Shown: positions 38,143 through 48,970, counted from the stretch's first letter. The stretch is 64,000 nucleotides of DNA from Pseudomonadota bacterium (GCA_039816825.1 JBCBXA010000005.1:537-64536), one strand, 5' to 3'. Program-made: numbers and translations. The notes: generated from the letters alone by a model not told the origin.

Positions 38143-41100
38143 CTATCGTTGAAGATTTGAGCTCACCGAAACCATGGCTTGAAGAAGCGACGCGCTGGGC
38201 TGCCCTGTCTCAGGCAGGCCCATCTGACGCTCAAAATCGCGGATAGCGCTGACGGTCTTGGGGCCGATGATTCCATCGGCGGTGCCGATCGAATAGCCCA
38301 GAGAGAGAAGTGCGTTCTGCACATCGCGTCCGACATTACCGCTGTCTATCGCTATTCCGCCCGTTGTCTCCGGCGACGTGCCGCCCGGGCCCGTCAGTGC
38401 GTTTGCCCCACTGGCGGTCGCTCCGGGTGTATCGGCGGACCATTCGGCGGGAATGTTAACCGTGTTGGCGTCCTCGATGAGCGGCTTGGCCTGCCAGGCC
38501 TGGGCCGCAATGCGTGCCTTGTCGAGATCCTCTGGCAGCATGGCGTTGGCGACCTGATCGCGCCTCTCAGCGGCTTCAGTGTCACCGGCGCGGGCAGCCA
38601 GTGCAAACCACTTGTAGCTTTCAGCCAGGTCCAGTTCGACGCCCAGGCCACGGCCATACATGATGCCCAGATTGAACTGGCTGTCGCGAACGCCGAGTTC
38701 TGCCGCGTCACGGAACAGCCGCGTTGCCTCATCAACCTTCTGGCCTCCGGCAACCTCTTCTGTGTGAAGAACGGCAAGGTTGTGCATGGCGCGCGCGTTG
38801 CCCGCTTCAACTGCCCGCTGATACCACATCACCGCAGACTCGTAGTCCTGCTCGGTCCCCAGACCTTTCTCCAGAAAATTAGCCAAGCGGAACTGGGCTG
38901 GTGCCAGTCCTGCCTCCGCTGCCTGCTGGTACCAACGGAATGCGGCCTGACTGTCCTTATCGACAACACGACCCTCCGTGTACCGCAACGCGATTTCGAA
39001 CATGGCGGCGGGGTTGCCACTCCGCGCCGCGTCCCGAAGGGCAACGTTTCCGACATCATCAGCCACTTCGGGGGCCACGATTGGTGCTGCCATTGGTTCG
39101 GTGGGCGCTGGTGCAGCCATGGTGTCGAGTTCCGGGGTGCTGGCAGCCGATGGCTGCGCGTCCATGGCGATCACACGCGCTGCCTGTTCCGGGGCGTCTA
39201 CGCCATTGTCCGAATTCTGCGTCGCCTGTGCGACATCTTGCATGGCCGCCGATGGCTCGATTTCAACGCTGGCAACTTCTGGTTCGCTGGACAGAAGGCC
39301 GGTCACGGCCGGCGCGAGCTTCATCGTGGCCAGAGCCAGAATGACGGCCGCAGACGCCAGAATGATCGGGCGTTTCAGGCGGCTTCCAGAGCCGCCCTCA
39401 CTGTCTGATTTGGCTTTGGATTTGCGCTTGAGCTTCTTGGCGCCTTTGTCCGGCTTGCTGCCTGCCAGGGGTTCTGGAGCGAAATCCGGTGCCGCTTCGT
39501 CTGCAGCGGCCCTTGCCGCGCGACGAGCGGCTGCAATGAAGTCCATCCCGTCATTTCCGGACGACGGCGGCAGGGGTGTGTCGTCAGTGGGGGCTCCGAA
39601 CTGCGGCAATTGTCCGGGCTCCAGAGGCATGTCAGTGCCACCGGGAAGCTCGCTTTCGACGCCCGGCGCATGGACCTGAGGCAGCTCTTCATAGGGCTCG
39701 AACGGCGCGGCCTTTGGCATTTGAGGTTCAGGCGCGGTCTCATATGCCTTCAGCAGCGAATGGCTTTCACCGGCTCCCGCCATGGCCAGTTCGGCTGGCG
39801 CTTCTGTCCGGGCAGGTCTCTGGCCAACGCCGAGCTCAAGCTGCTCCAGCCGCTCGACAATTTTCTCCAAAGTGGTGTGCACGGCGTCGAATGTCTGCCG
39901 AGTACCATCGTTCGTCTGTGCTGCGGTCTCGTGCAGTCTGTCGAGGTCTTGCGTCAGCTTGAGCAACAGCTCGTTATTCGCACCATTTGAGCCCTGTTGC
40001 GCGACAACTTCGTTTGCAACTTGCCGCGCTGCGTCGAGAAGCGAAATCTGCTGATTGGCCAGATGAGCTTCCAGAGCGTCAAAGCGAGCGGTTATCGCTT
40101 CGCTGTCACCGCCACCCACGGAACTGGCATGGGCCATGGCGGGTACCATCGCCTCGTTCATGGCCTGTGCCTGCTCACTGGTTTGCGCGAGCAGCTGCGA
40201 AATATTGGCGATCTGGCCTTCAAGCTCGTTCAGTCGAGCGGCGCTCGGCGGTTGAGGAGCTGCCGTTTGCTCCAGCTGGGACGCCAGTTCGGCGATCTGG
40301 CGCTCTAACCTATTTCCCGTGAGCTCATCGAACGGACCGCTGTCAGGCATCGTATCGAGCTTGTCATGCATCGCGCGGACGGATGCCTCAATGTTGGAAA
40401 TGTCCTGAGACATGTCCCTAGGGGCCAGTCCGTCAATCTGCGCCGAGATGCGCTGCATCTGGGCTTCGATGTTCGAAAAATCGGGCTCGATCGGCCGCGC
40501 GGCCATGCGATCAAGCCCGGTATTGATCGAATCAAGTCGCTGCTCGAGCGTCGGCAACATGTTGCGCGGTGAGGATTCGTCCAGCTTATGTTGCAGCGCG
40601 CCGATCTGGCCCAAAATGGTCTCGAGGGCGTCGTTCTGCGCCGGTGCTTCGGCCAGTCGATCCAAACGGCCCGCCATTTCATCAAGGCGATGCGCGATCA
40701 TGTCCGCATGATGGCCGACAGCTGCATCCGCTGCGGGCGTGGCCGCCTCCACCTGTTGCGACAGATTGGCGATCCGCTGCTCCAGGCGTTGAAGCACCAC
40801 GGCCTGTTCATCGGGCATGCTGTGCGCGTTGGCGTCGAGGCGCAGAACAGCATCGTTGATCTGTCCAAGACGAGCCTCCAGCGCTGTCAGCAAATTGCTG
40901 TCCAACTCGGCACGGCTGCCCAAGACCTTCTCAAGCGAGCTGCCAAGGCCCTCGATCCGGGCTTCCACGTTGGAAAGATGGCGCGTCGAGGGCAGGCTCT
41001 CAATTGAGGCCTGTGTGGCATCGACCTGTGCGATCAGCCGGGCCAAAGCTTCGCGGGCGGCATTGTCCTGAGCGGCAGCCGTGTTCCGATCCACGCGCTG

Positions 41101-41730
41101 GGCAAGATCGGCGTAGGTCCCCGCAAGCTGCCGCACGCTGTCTTCGCGGGCTGTCGTGGCCACAAGCGCGCGCATCTCTGCCAGTTCCTCACGGAGCGCG
41201 GCAATGTCTGTTTTGGCAGCCGCTGGATGAGCGTTGAGGCTGTCCAGGGAGCGGCTCAGCTTCTGCCATTGCTCCTGCTGAGGGTTGCGCCCGTGGCTGG
41301 CAACCATGTTCCGGATTTGCGCAAGCTCGCCGCGAAGCGATGAAAGCTCATCGTCCAGCTTTGCGGGCGCGCTTTTCTGGATGGATTGGGTCAGGTCACC
41401 GCGCAACTGCGCGAGCTCCTGTCTGATCTGTTCGCGAAGAGCCGACACGTTGGCCTCATGATCTGAACTTTGGGGAGGGCGGTTTGCCCGATGGTGCGCA
41501 CTCGGTGCTGCGGGCCGCCGCGTTTGTCCGGCCAGAGCAGCCTGGCGCGCGCGAATTTCGGCGGAGGCATTTGCCAATTGGAGAGGGTCTGCCGTGAAAC
41601 CAGCCTGAGCACTGGCGGAAGGCGAGCCGCCGAGAAACGAACGAAAGTTTCCGCCCAGCGCGCCTTCATCTGCGCTGAACTCCTTGGCATCACGCCTCAT
41701 CTGGAAACGGTTCATCATCCTTGGCACCAA
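38143..41730 (-). CDS. podJ: PodJ-like polar localisation factor
   Basis: 1195 aa. About 650-aa coiled-coil-rich cytoplasmic part, one TM ('IILASAAVILALATMKLAPAV'), then Sel1/TPR-like repeats ('AMFEIALRYTEG...AQFRLANFLEKG...AMHNLAVLH...SQFNLGIMYGRG') and a C-terminal PG-binding domain ('LGYSIGTADGIIGPKTVSAIRDFERQMGLPETG'). Confidence 0.7.
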   Translation of the reverse strand: MVPRMMNRFQMRRDAKEFSADEGALGGNFRSFLGGSPSASAQAGFTADPLQLANASAEIRARQAALAGQTRRPAAPSAHHRANRPPQSSDHEANVSALREQIRQELAQLRGDLTQSIQKSAPAKLDDELSSLRGELAQIRNMVASHGRNPQQEQWQKLSRSLDSLNAHPAAAKTDIAALREELAEMRALVATTAREDSVRQLAGTYADLAQRVDRNTAAAQDNAAREALARLIAQVDATQASIESLPSTRHLSNVEARIEGLGSSLEKVLGSRAELDSNLLTALEARLGQINDAVLRLDANAHSMPDEQAVVLQRLEQRIANLSQQVEAATPAADAAVGHHADMIAHRLDEMAGRLDRLAEAPAQNDALETILGQIGALQHKLDESSPRNMLPTLEQRLDSINTGLDRMAARPIEPDFSNIEAQMQRISAQIDGLAPRDMSQDISNIEASVRAMHDKLDTMPDSGPFDELTGNRLERQIAELASQLEQTAAPQPPSAARLNELEGQIANISQLLAQTSEQAQAMNEAMVPAMAHASSVGGGDSEAITARFDALEAHLANQQISLLDAARQVANEVVAQQGSNGANNELLLKLTQDLDRLHETAAQTNDGTRQTFDAVHTTLEKIVERLEQLELGVGQRPARTEAPAELAMAGAGESHSLLKAYETAPEPQMPKAAPFEPYEELPQVHAPGVESELPGGTDMPLEPGQLPQFGAPTDDTPLPPSSGNDGMDFIAAARRAARAAADEAAPDFAPEPLAGSKPDKGAKKLKRKSKAKSDSEGGSGSRLKRPIILASAAVILALATMKLAPAVTGLLSSEPEVASVEIEPSAAMQDVAQATQNSDNGVDAPEQAARVIAMDAQPSAASTPELDTMAAPAPTEPMAAPIVAPEVADDVGNVALRDAARSGNPAAMFEIALRYTEGRVVDKDSQAAFRWYQQAAEAGLAPAQFRLANFLEKGLGTEQDYESAVMWYQRAVEAGNARAMHNLAVLHTEEVAGGQKVDEATRLFRDAAELGVRDSQFNLGIMYGRGLGVELDLAESYKWFALAARAGDTEAAERRDQVANAMLPEDLDKARIAAQAWQAKPLIEDANTVNIPAEWSADTPGATASGANALTGPGGTSPETTGGIAIDSGNVGRDVQNALLSLGYSIGTADGIIGPKTVSAIRDFERQMGLPETGQPSASLLQAMVSVSSNLQR

Positions 41731-41848
41731 GGTTTCAGGTTAACTTGTACGCAAACAGCGGACTGAAGCCCGAACATGCGGAGGTGCGCCCGACCATGCA
41801 GAGGTGCGATCGCGCCGGTTCCGCACTGCAACCCTTGGTTCACTATGG

Positions 41849-41863
41849 TTAATTGCCGGTTAA
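41849..41863. promoter_or_regulatory. CtrA-type box TTAA-N7-TTAA
   Basis: TTAATTGCCGGTTAA, an exact match to the TTAA-N7-TTAA core. It lies 119 nt upstream of the podJ-like start. It was the only full match I found when scanning intergenic regions by eye. Confidence 0.45.
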
Positions 41864-42083
41864 GGACGCTCGGTCGGCAGACGGTCGCCAACGCACTTTT
41901 GAGGACTGAGTGGCAGCATTTGTGATGCCAAACGCCAAACCCATAACGAAATCTGGTCGAAAGGTTACCGTTACGGCGGAAATTGCGGTTGAAATTACCC
42001 GCGCCTGCAGAATATGACGTAGCCGTGACAATAAATGGGTGATGTGCGGGATCGCCTGACGACAGCAGAAACGGGCATATCTG

Positions 42084-42563
42084 ATGGAAAAATCGGTCGA
42101 CGCACAAACCGCGACGCTTGACTCCACAACGGCCACTTCCGAACTGGCCACACCATCTCCCCGCGCCGCACGGCGCGAGAGGGACTCCGAGTTCCCCTAT
42201 CGCATTGGCGATTTGGCCCGCGAGTTCGATGTGACCTTGCGGACATTGCGTTTCTACGAAGACAAACGTCTTTTGCGGCCAAAGCGCATGGGGACCACCC
42301 GCCTTTATTCCGAGCGCGACCGTGAGCGTCTCCAATTGATCCTCAAGGGCAAAACGGTTGGCTTTCCGCTAGCCGATATTCGTCGCCTGCTCGCTCTTTA
42401 CGACTTCGACGCCAGTCGCTTCAGCGATCCTGCGGAAGCAAAGGCCATGTTTAAAGCGCAGCAGGTAGAGATGCTGCGCCAGCGCAGGGATGTTGAACTT
42501 GCTCTCGTGACCCTGTCCGACACGATCGAAGAGTTCGAAGGCGCACCCTCTGCACTGAACTGA
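42084..42563 (+). CDS. MerR-family transcriptional regulator
   Basis: 'YRIGDLAREFDVTLRTLRFYEDKRLLRPKR...YSERDRERLQLILKGKTVGFPLADIRRLL' MerR HTH plus dimerisation helix. Upstream of the beta-oxidation genes. Confidence 0.85.
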   Translation: MEKSVDAQTATLDSTTATSELATPSPRAARRERDSEFPYRIGDLAREFDVTLRTLRFYEDKRLLRPKRMGTTRLYSERDRERLQLILKGKTVGFPLADIRRLLALYDFDASRFSDPAEAKAMFKAQQVEMLRQRRDVELALVTLSDTIEEFEGAPSALN

Positions 42564-42589
42564 GAATCCATATCTGGTTTTATGTGTTT

Positions 42590-42615
42590 GGGCGGCCCCT
42601 GGGTCGCCCTTTTTC
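42590..42615 (+). terminator. Rho-independent terminator after the MerR-family gene
   Basis: GGGCGGCC-(cctg)-GGTCGCCC stem (8-9 bp, one G-T pair) followed by TTTTT. Begins 27 nt after the stop. Confidence 0.7.
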
Positions 42616-42792
42616 CTGCGCTAATGCATGGGCGCATTCTCACCTCTGGGGAAGCTCTCGGTACCCGTCGATGCGCTGCAGCGTGGGCGACTCAGGCACG
42701 CCAGACGGTGTGGCTGGAGGGGATACGCGATAGCCGTGCACCCACAGCGTCTGGCTGCCACCCTGTCCAACGCGCCTGACCACATCCATCAA

Positions 42793-42822
42793 TTGACCTT
42801 TACGTGCACGTCAAAATATGGT
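42793..42822 (+). promoter_or_regulatory. Candidate MerR-type promoter with a palindromic operator in the spacer
   Basis: TTGACC (42793..42798), 18-nt spacer containing the perfect 10-bp palindrome ACGTGCACGT (42802..42811), then TATGGT (42817..42822). Confidence 0.3.
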
Positions 42823-43073
42823 TCTGTTTGGCCAGAGGTGAAAACGGTCGGTGATCCTTGCTTCAAAGGAAGCCTAGCGAGTGGTGATGGGCCGTGCCGC
42901 AAGGACTGTGTTGTGCTATGTCATGGGCAGAAGGAGCGGTTTGGGTTGGGAGACCCGGTTTAACCGTCATCATGATCACCATGTGATCATCATGGGTGAC
43001 GGTTCAATTGAGACCCTTCCCATCACCGCATGTTTGATGAGGCCAACAATGTTGGCTCAGCCGGAGGAAGTCC

Positions 43074-44870
<1,797 letters not shown>

Positions 44871-44882
44871 TTTTCGAGGGTG

Positions 44883-44903
44883 AGCCGGCTTGCGGCTTTT
44901 CTT
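44883..44903 (+). terminator. Weak hairpin plus T-rich tract after the acyl-CoA dehydrogenase gene
   Basis: AGCCG-gcttg-CGGCT followed by TTTCTTCTC. The stem is only 5 bp. Confidence 0.3.
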
Positions 44904-44910
44904 CTCATCA

Positions 44911-44981
44911 TCCTCGGGCTTGACCCGAGGATTCACCTTTCACTCCGGCGCTCAGGTAGACCCTCGGGTCAAGCCCGAGGG
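44911..44981. repeat. Pair of REP-like hairpin units in opposite orientation
   Basis: CCTCGGGCTTGACCCGAGG (44912..44930) and its exact reverse complement CCTCGGGTCAAGCCCGAGG (44962..44980). Each is an 8-bp stem with a 5-nt loop. Confidence 0.65.
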
Positions 44982-45025
44982 TGACGAAGAACTTGGGGCT
45001 CCGGCCCTGCATTTGGGAGAAACCC

Positions 45026-46234
45026 ATGCCTGAAGCATTCATCTACGATCACGTTCGCACCCCACGGGGTCGCGGCAAGAAGGACGGCTCGCTGCACGAG
45101 GTGCCGACGCCGCGCCTCGGTGCCCATGTTCTCAAGCAGTTGCGCGACCGCAACGGCATCGACACCACCAAGGTGGATGACATCATCCTTGGCTGTGTGG
45201 ACCCGGTCGGTGAAGCCGGTGGTGACATTGCCAAAGCTTCGGCTTTCGAGGCCGGCTACGATTTCAGCGCGCCAGGCATGCAGATCAATCGGTTCTGCGC
45301 CTCCGGTCTGGACGCCGTGAACTTCGGTGCGTCCACGGTCGCTCAAGGCGCTAACGACCTTGTGATTGCGGGTGGTGTTGAGAGCATGTCCCGCGTCGGC
45401 ATGGGTATGTCCGGTGGCTCCTGGTACATGGACCCGTCAGTCAATATCCCTGCTTACTTCATGCCGCAGGGCGTTTCTGCTGATCTGATCGCCACCAAGT
45501 ATGGCTTCAGCCGTGACGATGTGGATGCCTACGCCGTCGAGAGCCAGAAGCGCTCGGCCGAGAGCTGGGAGAAGGGCCACTTCAAGAACTCCGTGGTGCC
45601 TGTCGAAGACCAGAACGGCATTACCATCCTTGCTACCGATGAGCACATGCGCCCCGGCACGGACATGCAGAATCTGGCTGGTCTCAACGCCTCCTTCGGC
45701 ATGATCGGTGAGATGGGTGGCTTCAACGCCGTCGGTATCTCTCGTCACCCTGAAGTGGAAGCGGTGAACCACGTGCACCATGCCGGTAACTCATCGGGCA
45801 TTGTGGACGGTGCGGCTGGCGTGCTGATCGGCTCGCGCCGAGGCGGCAAGATCGTCGGCCAGGCACCGCGTGCCAAGATCAAGGCGTTCGCCAACATCGG
45901 CTCGGATCCGGCGTTGATGCTCACCGGCCCCGTGGACGTGACTGAGAAACTGCTCAAGCGCGCCAAGATGACCCTCGAAGACATCGACCTGTTCGAGCTG
46001 AACGAAGCCTTCGCCGCCGTCGTTCTGCGTTACATGCAGGCCTTTGACATCCCGCACGACAAGATCAACGTGGCTGGCGGCGCCATCGCCATGGGCCACC
46101 CACTCGGTGCAACCGGTGCGATGATCCTCGGCACTGTGCTCGATGAACTCGAGCGCCGCGACCTCAATACAGCCCTCGTCACCTTGTGCATCGGCGCGGG
46201 AATGGGGACCGCCACGATCATTGAGCGGGTCTGA
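45026..46234 (+). CDS. Acetyl-CoA C-acyltransferase (thiolase)
   Basis: 402 aa from '[17 protein letters not shown]'. Active-site '[10 protein letters not shown]', 'NEAFAA', '[14 protein letters not shown]', 'LCIGAGMG'. Confidence 0.9.
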   Translation: MPEAFIYDHVRTPRGRGKKDGSLHEVPTPRLGAHVLKQLRDRNGIDTTKVDDIILGCVDPVGEAGGDIAKASAFEAGYDFSAPGMQINRFCASGLDAVNFGASTVAQGANDLVIAGGVESMSRVGMGMSGGSWYMDPSVNIPAYFMPQGVSADLIATKYGFSRDDVDAYAVESQKRSAESWEKGHFKNSVVPVEDQNGITILATDEHMRPGTDMQNLAGLNASFGMIGEMGGFNAVGISRHPEVEAVNHVHHAGNSSGIVDGAAGVLIGSRRGGKIVGQAPRAKIKAFANIGSDPALMLTGPVDVTEKLLKRAKMTLEDIDLFELNEAFAAVVLRYMQAFDIPHDKINVAGGAIAMGHPLGATGAMILGTVLDELERRDLNTALVTLCIGAGMGTATIIERV

Positions 46235-46245
46235 GGGGCCTGTCG

Positions 46246-46686
46246 GTGAAGGGCCTGCTCACATTTGCCACCGGCGTGGTTTCGGCCTTGGCCCTGTCGG
46301 CCTGTGGTGGATTGAGCGGTCGTACTGGCGCGGCGTCGTGCACGGCTTCCGAGCGTGGAGAGTGTCCGGAGATCAATGACCGGACGCTCTTCGTGCGCGA
46401 TACCTCACTGCTCACCTACTATGATCCAAGCGGGACCTTTTACCGTCTGGGCAGCACCGAGATCATCAAGGGCCAGTGGCAGGTGGATGAGACAGGAACG
46501 CAACTGACCACCCACATGTTTGCGGCCGGAAAGTTCGGGCCTCAATCCCTGGCTGACTATGTGAACCGCGGTGACTCGGTTCAGGGTGATCCGGCCCTTC
46601 TGTCCCAAAATAGTCGCGGTTCATTCATCCCGCGCTTCACCGAGCAATCGCTCGACGAAATCATATCACAGGTCCGCGCGCGCTGA
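46246..46686 (+). CDS. Hypothetical lipoprotein
   Basis: Lipobox 'ALALSAC|GG' after a hydrophobic signal peptide. 146 aa, no recognisable domain. Inserted between the thiolase and the multifunctional beta-oxidation gene. Confidence 0.55.
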   Translation: MKGLLTFATGVVSALALSACGGLSGRTGAASCTASERGECPEINDRTLFVRDTSLLTYYDPSGTFYRLGSTEIIKGQWQVDETGTQLTTHMFAAGKFGPQSLADYVNRGDSVQGDPALLSQNSRGSFIPRFTEQSLDEIISQVRAR

Positions 46687-46715
46687 GCGCTGCCGAACCG
46701 ATGGAGGAGACATCC

Positions 46716-48941
46716 ATGACGACGTACAACAATTTCACCATCGACACAGACTCCGACGGCATCACCCTCATCACTTGGGACATGCCTGAAAAGAACATGA
46801 ACGTCTTCACCATGGAGGTGATGGACGAATTGGACGCAATCGTCGATCAGGTGGCCAGTGACGAGGCTATCAAAGGCGCTGTCATCACCTCCGGCAAAAG
46901 CGCTTTCTCTGGCGGCGCGGATATCACCATGCTCAACGGCATGTATGACCGGTTCGAGGCTGCCCGCGCCCAGGACGAAAAAGCCGCTGTCAGAGAGCTG
47001 TTCGACAATGCAGGCAAGCTCAGCTGGATTTTCCGCAAACTAGAGACCTGCGGCAAGCCGTTCGTCTCAGCGATCAACGGCACCTGCATGGGCGGCGCGA
47101 CCGAATTGTCACTGGCCTGCCACGCCCGCCTGGGCACCGATGCCGAAGGCTGGAAGATGGCTCTGCCTGAAGTGAAGATCGGCATCTTCCCTGGTGCCGG
47201 CGGTACGGTGCGCGTGCCACGCATGGTGCCAGACATGCAGTCGGCGCTTTTGATGCTCATGCAGGGCTCTAACCTCAAGGCGCAGAAGGCCAAGGCGATG
47301 AAGCTGATCGATGAGATCGTTCCCGCCAAGAAGCTGGTCGCTGAAGCCAAGAAGCTGCTGACCTCCGGTTCCGTTGATCCGGTGAAGGAGTGGGACAAGA
47401 AGGGCTATAAAGGTCCGCGCGTTTACTCCGCAGCTGGCAGCCAGCTCTGGCCAGCCGTGGGTGCGAACTACCGCAAAAACACCCACGACAATTACCCCGG
47501 CGCCAAGGCCATCGTGAAGGTCGCATATGAAAGCCTGCTGCTGCCGTTCGACACGGCTCTGACGGTCGAACAGCGCTACTTCACCGAAGTGCTGCAAACC
47601 AACGAAGCCAAGCACATGGTCCGTTCGCTCTTCGTATCGATGCAGGAGCTGAACAAGGGCGCCCGTCGCCCGGCTGACGTGCCGCAGAAGAAGCTCAAGA
47701 AAGTGGGCATTCTCGGCGCCGGCTTCATGGGCGCTGGCATTGCCTATGTCACGGCGAAGGCCGGCATGCAGGTGGTCCTGATCGACCGCGATCAGGAAGC
47801 TGCCGACAAGGGCAAGGCGCACTGCGAAGACCTGGAGAAAAAGGCCATTCAGAAGGGTCGCTCGACCCCTGAAAAGGCCGAAAAGGTGCTTTCGCTGATC
47901 ACCGCCACGCCGGATTATGACGAGTTGAAAGATGTCGATCTGGTCATTGAAGCCGTCTTCGAAGACCGCGACGTGAAGGCTGAAGTGACGGCCAAAGCCG
48001 AAGCTGTGATGAAGCCGTCGGCCATCTACGCCTCCAACACCTCCACTCTGCCCATCACGGGTCTCGCGAAGGCCTCCAAGCGGCCGAAGAACTTCATCGG
48101 CATCCACTTCTTCTCGCCCGTGGACCGCATGATGCTCACCGAAATCATCATGGGCAAACGCACCGGCGACAAAGCTCTGGCCGTAGCCATGGACTTCGTG
48201 ATGGCGATCAAGAAGACGCCCATCGTTGTCAACGACACGCGCGGTTTTTATGTGAACCGTTGCGTGCTTCAGTACATCTCCGAAGCATACAACATGCTCA
48301 TTGAAGGTGTGCCGGCTGCGATGGTCGAAAACGCGGCAACTATGGGCGGTATGCCTGTTGGCCCGCTGGCGCTCAACGACGAGATTGCCCTCGACCTCAG
48401 CCTGAAGATCTTCAATGCCACTGTTGCTGATCTTGGTGAAAGCGCCCTCGATCCGGACCAGTTTGCGCTGGTGAAGAAACTGGTCGAGCAGGAAGGCCGT
48501 CACGGCCGCAAGAACGGCAAGGGCTTCTACGAATACCCGGCCAAACCGGCCAAGAAACACCTGTGGCCGGAGCTCAAGAGCCTCTACCCGCAGCAGAATG
48601 CCGACAGCATCGACTTTGCCGAGTTGCAGCAGCGCTTCTGGGTTCTGCAAGCCCTCGAAGCGGCCAAGACCATCGAAGAGGGCGTGGTCACCGATGTGCG
48701 CGAAGCGGATGTCGGCTCCATCCTCGGCTACGGTTTTGCCCCCTTCACCGGCGGCACCATCAGCTACATTGACGGCATGGGCACGACGGCGTTCGTGGCG
48801 CTGTGCAACAAACTCGCCAAGAAGCACGGCAAGCGCTTCCGCCCGACCAAACTGCTCAAACAGATGGCGGCGTCGGATGAGAAGTTCTACCAGCGCTTCA
48901 ACCCCTACGCTGATCCTGAGGGTGAGGCGAAGGCTGCTTAG
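46716..48941 (+). CDS. Multifunctional enoyl-CoA hydratase / 3-hydroxyacyl-CoA dehydrogenase (FadB/FadJ-like)
   Basis: N-terminal crotonase fold ('FSGGADI', 'INGTCMGGATEL') and NAD-binding 'VGILGAGFMGAGIA'. ATG at 46716 preceded by GGAGGAGA. Confidence 0.9.
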   Translation: MTTYNNFTIDTDSDGITLITWDMPEKNMNVFTMEVMDELDAIVDQVASDEAIKGAVITSGKSAFSGGADITMLNGMYDRFEAARAQDEKAAVRELFDNAGKLSWIFRKLETCGKPFVSAINGTCMGGATELSLACHARLGTDAEGWKMALPEVKIGIFPGAGGTVRVPRMVPDMQSALLMLMQGSNLKAQKAKAMKLIDEIVPAKKLVAEAKKLLTSGSVDPVKEWDKKGYKGPRVYSAAGSQLWPAVGANYRKNTHDNYPGAKAIVKVAYESLLLPFDTALTVEQRYFTEVLQTNEAKHMVRSLFVSMQELNKGARRPADVPQKKLKKVGILGAGFMGAGIAYVTAKAGMQVVLIDRDQEAADKGKAHCEDLEKKAIQKGRSTPEKAEKVLSLITATPDYDELKDVDLVIEAVFEDRDVKAEVTAKAEAVMKPSAIYASNTSTLPITGLAKASKRPKNFIGIHFFSPVDRMMLTEIIMGKRTGDKALAVAMDFVMAIKKTPIVVNDTRGFYVNRCVLQYISEAYNMLIEGVPAAMVENAATMGGMPVGPLALNDEIALDLSLKIFNATVADLGESALDPDQFALVKKLVEQEGRHGRKNGKGFYEYPAKPAKKHLWPELKSLYPQQNADSIDFAELQQRFWVLQALEAAKTIEEGVVTDVREADVGSILGYGFAPFTGGTISYIDGMGTTAFVALCNKLAKKHGKRFRPTKLLKQMAASDEKFYQRFNPYADPEGEAKAA

Positions 48942-48970
48942 GTTACCGTCGAAGGCACCTAACTTAAACA

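Noticed and set aside
41796-41852. 18-codon plus-strand mini-ORF preceded by GGAGGTG within the tandem repeat upstream of podJ.
   Set aside because: It is most likely a by-product of the repeat sequence. There is no supporting feature, and its stop merely coincides with the CtrA-type box.
42628-42963. 111-aa plus-strand ORF in the MerR / acyl-CoA dehydrogenase spacer.
   Set aside because: No Shine-Dalgarno sequence, Cys/Arg-rich unprotein-like sequence, and it starts just after a strong terminator. The region is better explained as regulatory DNA (see findings).
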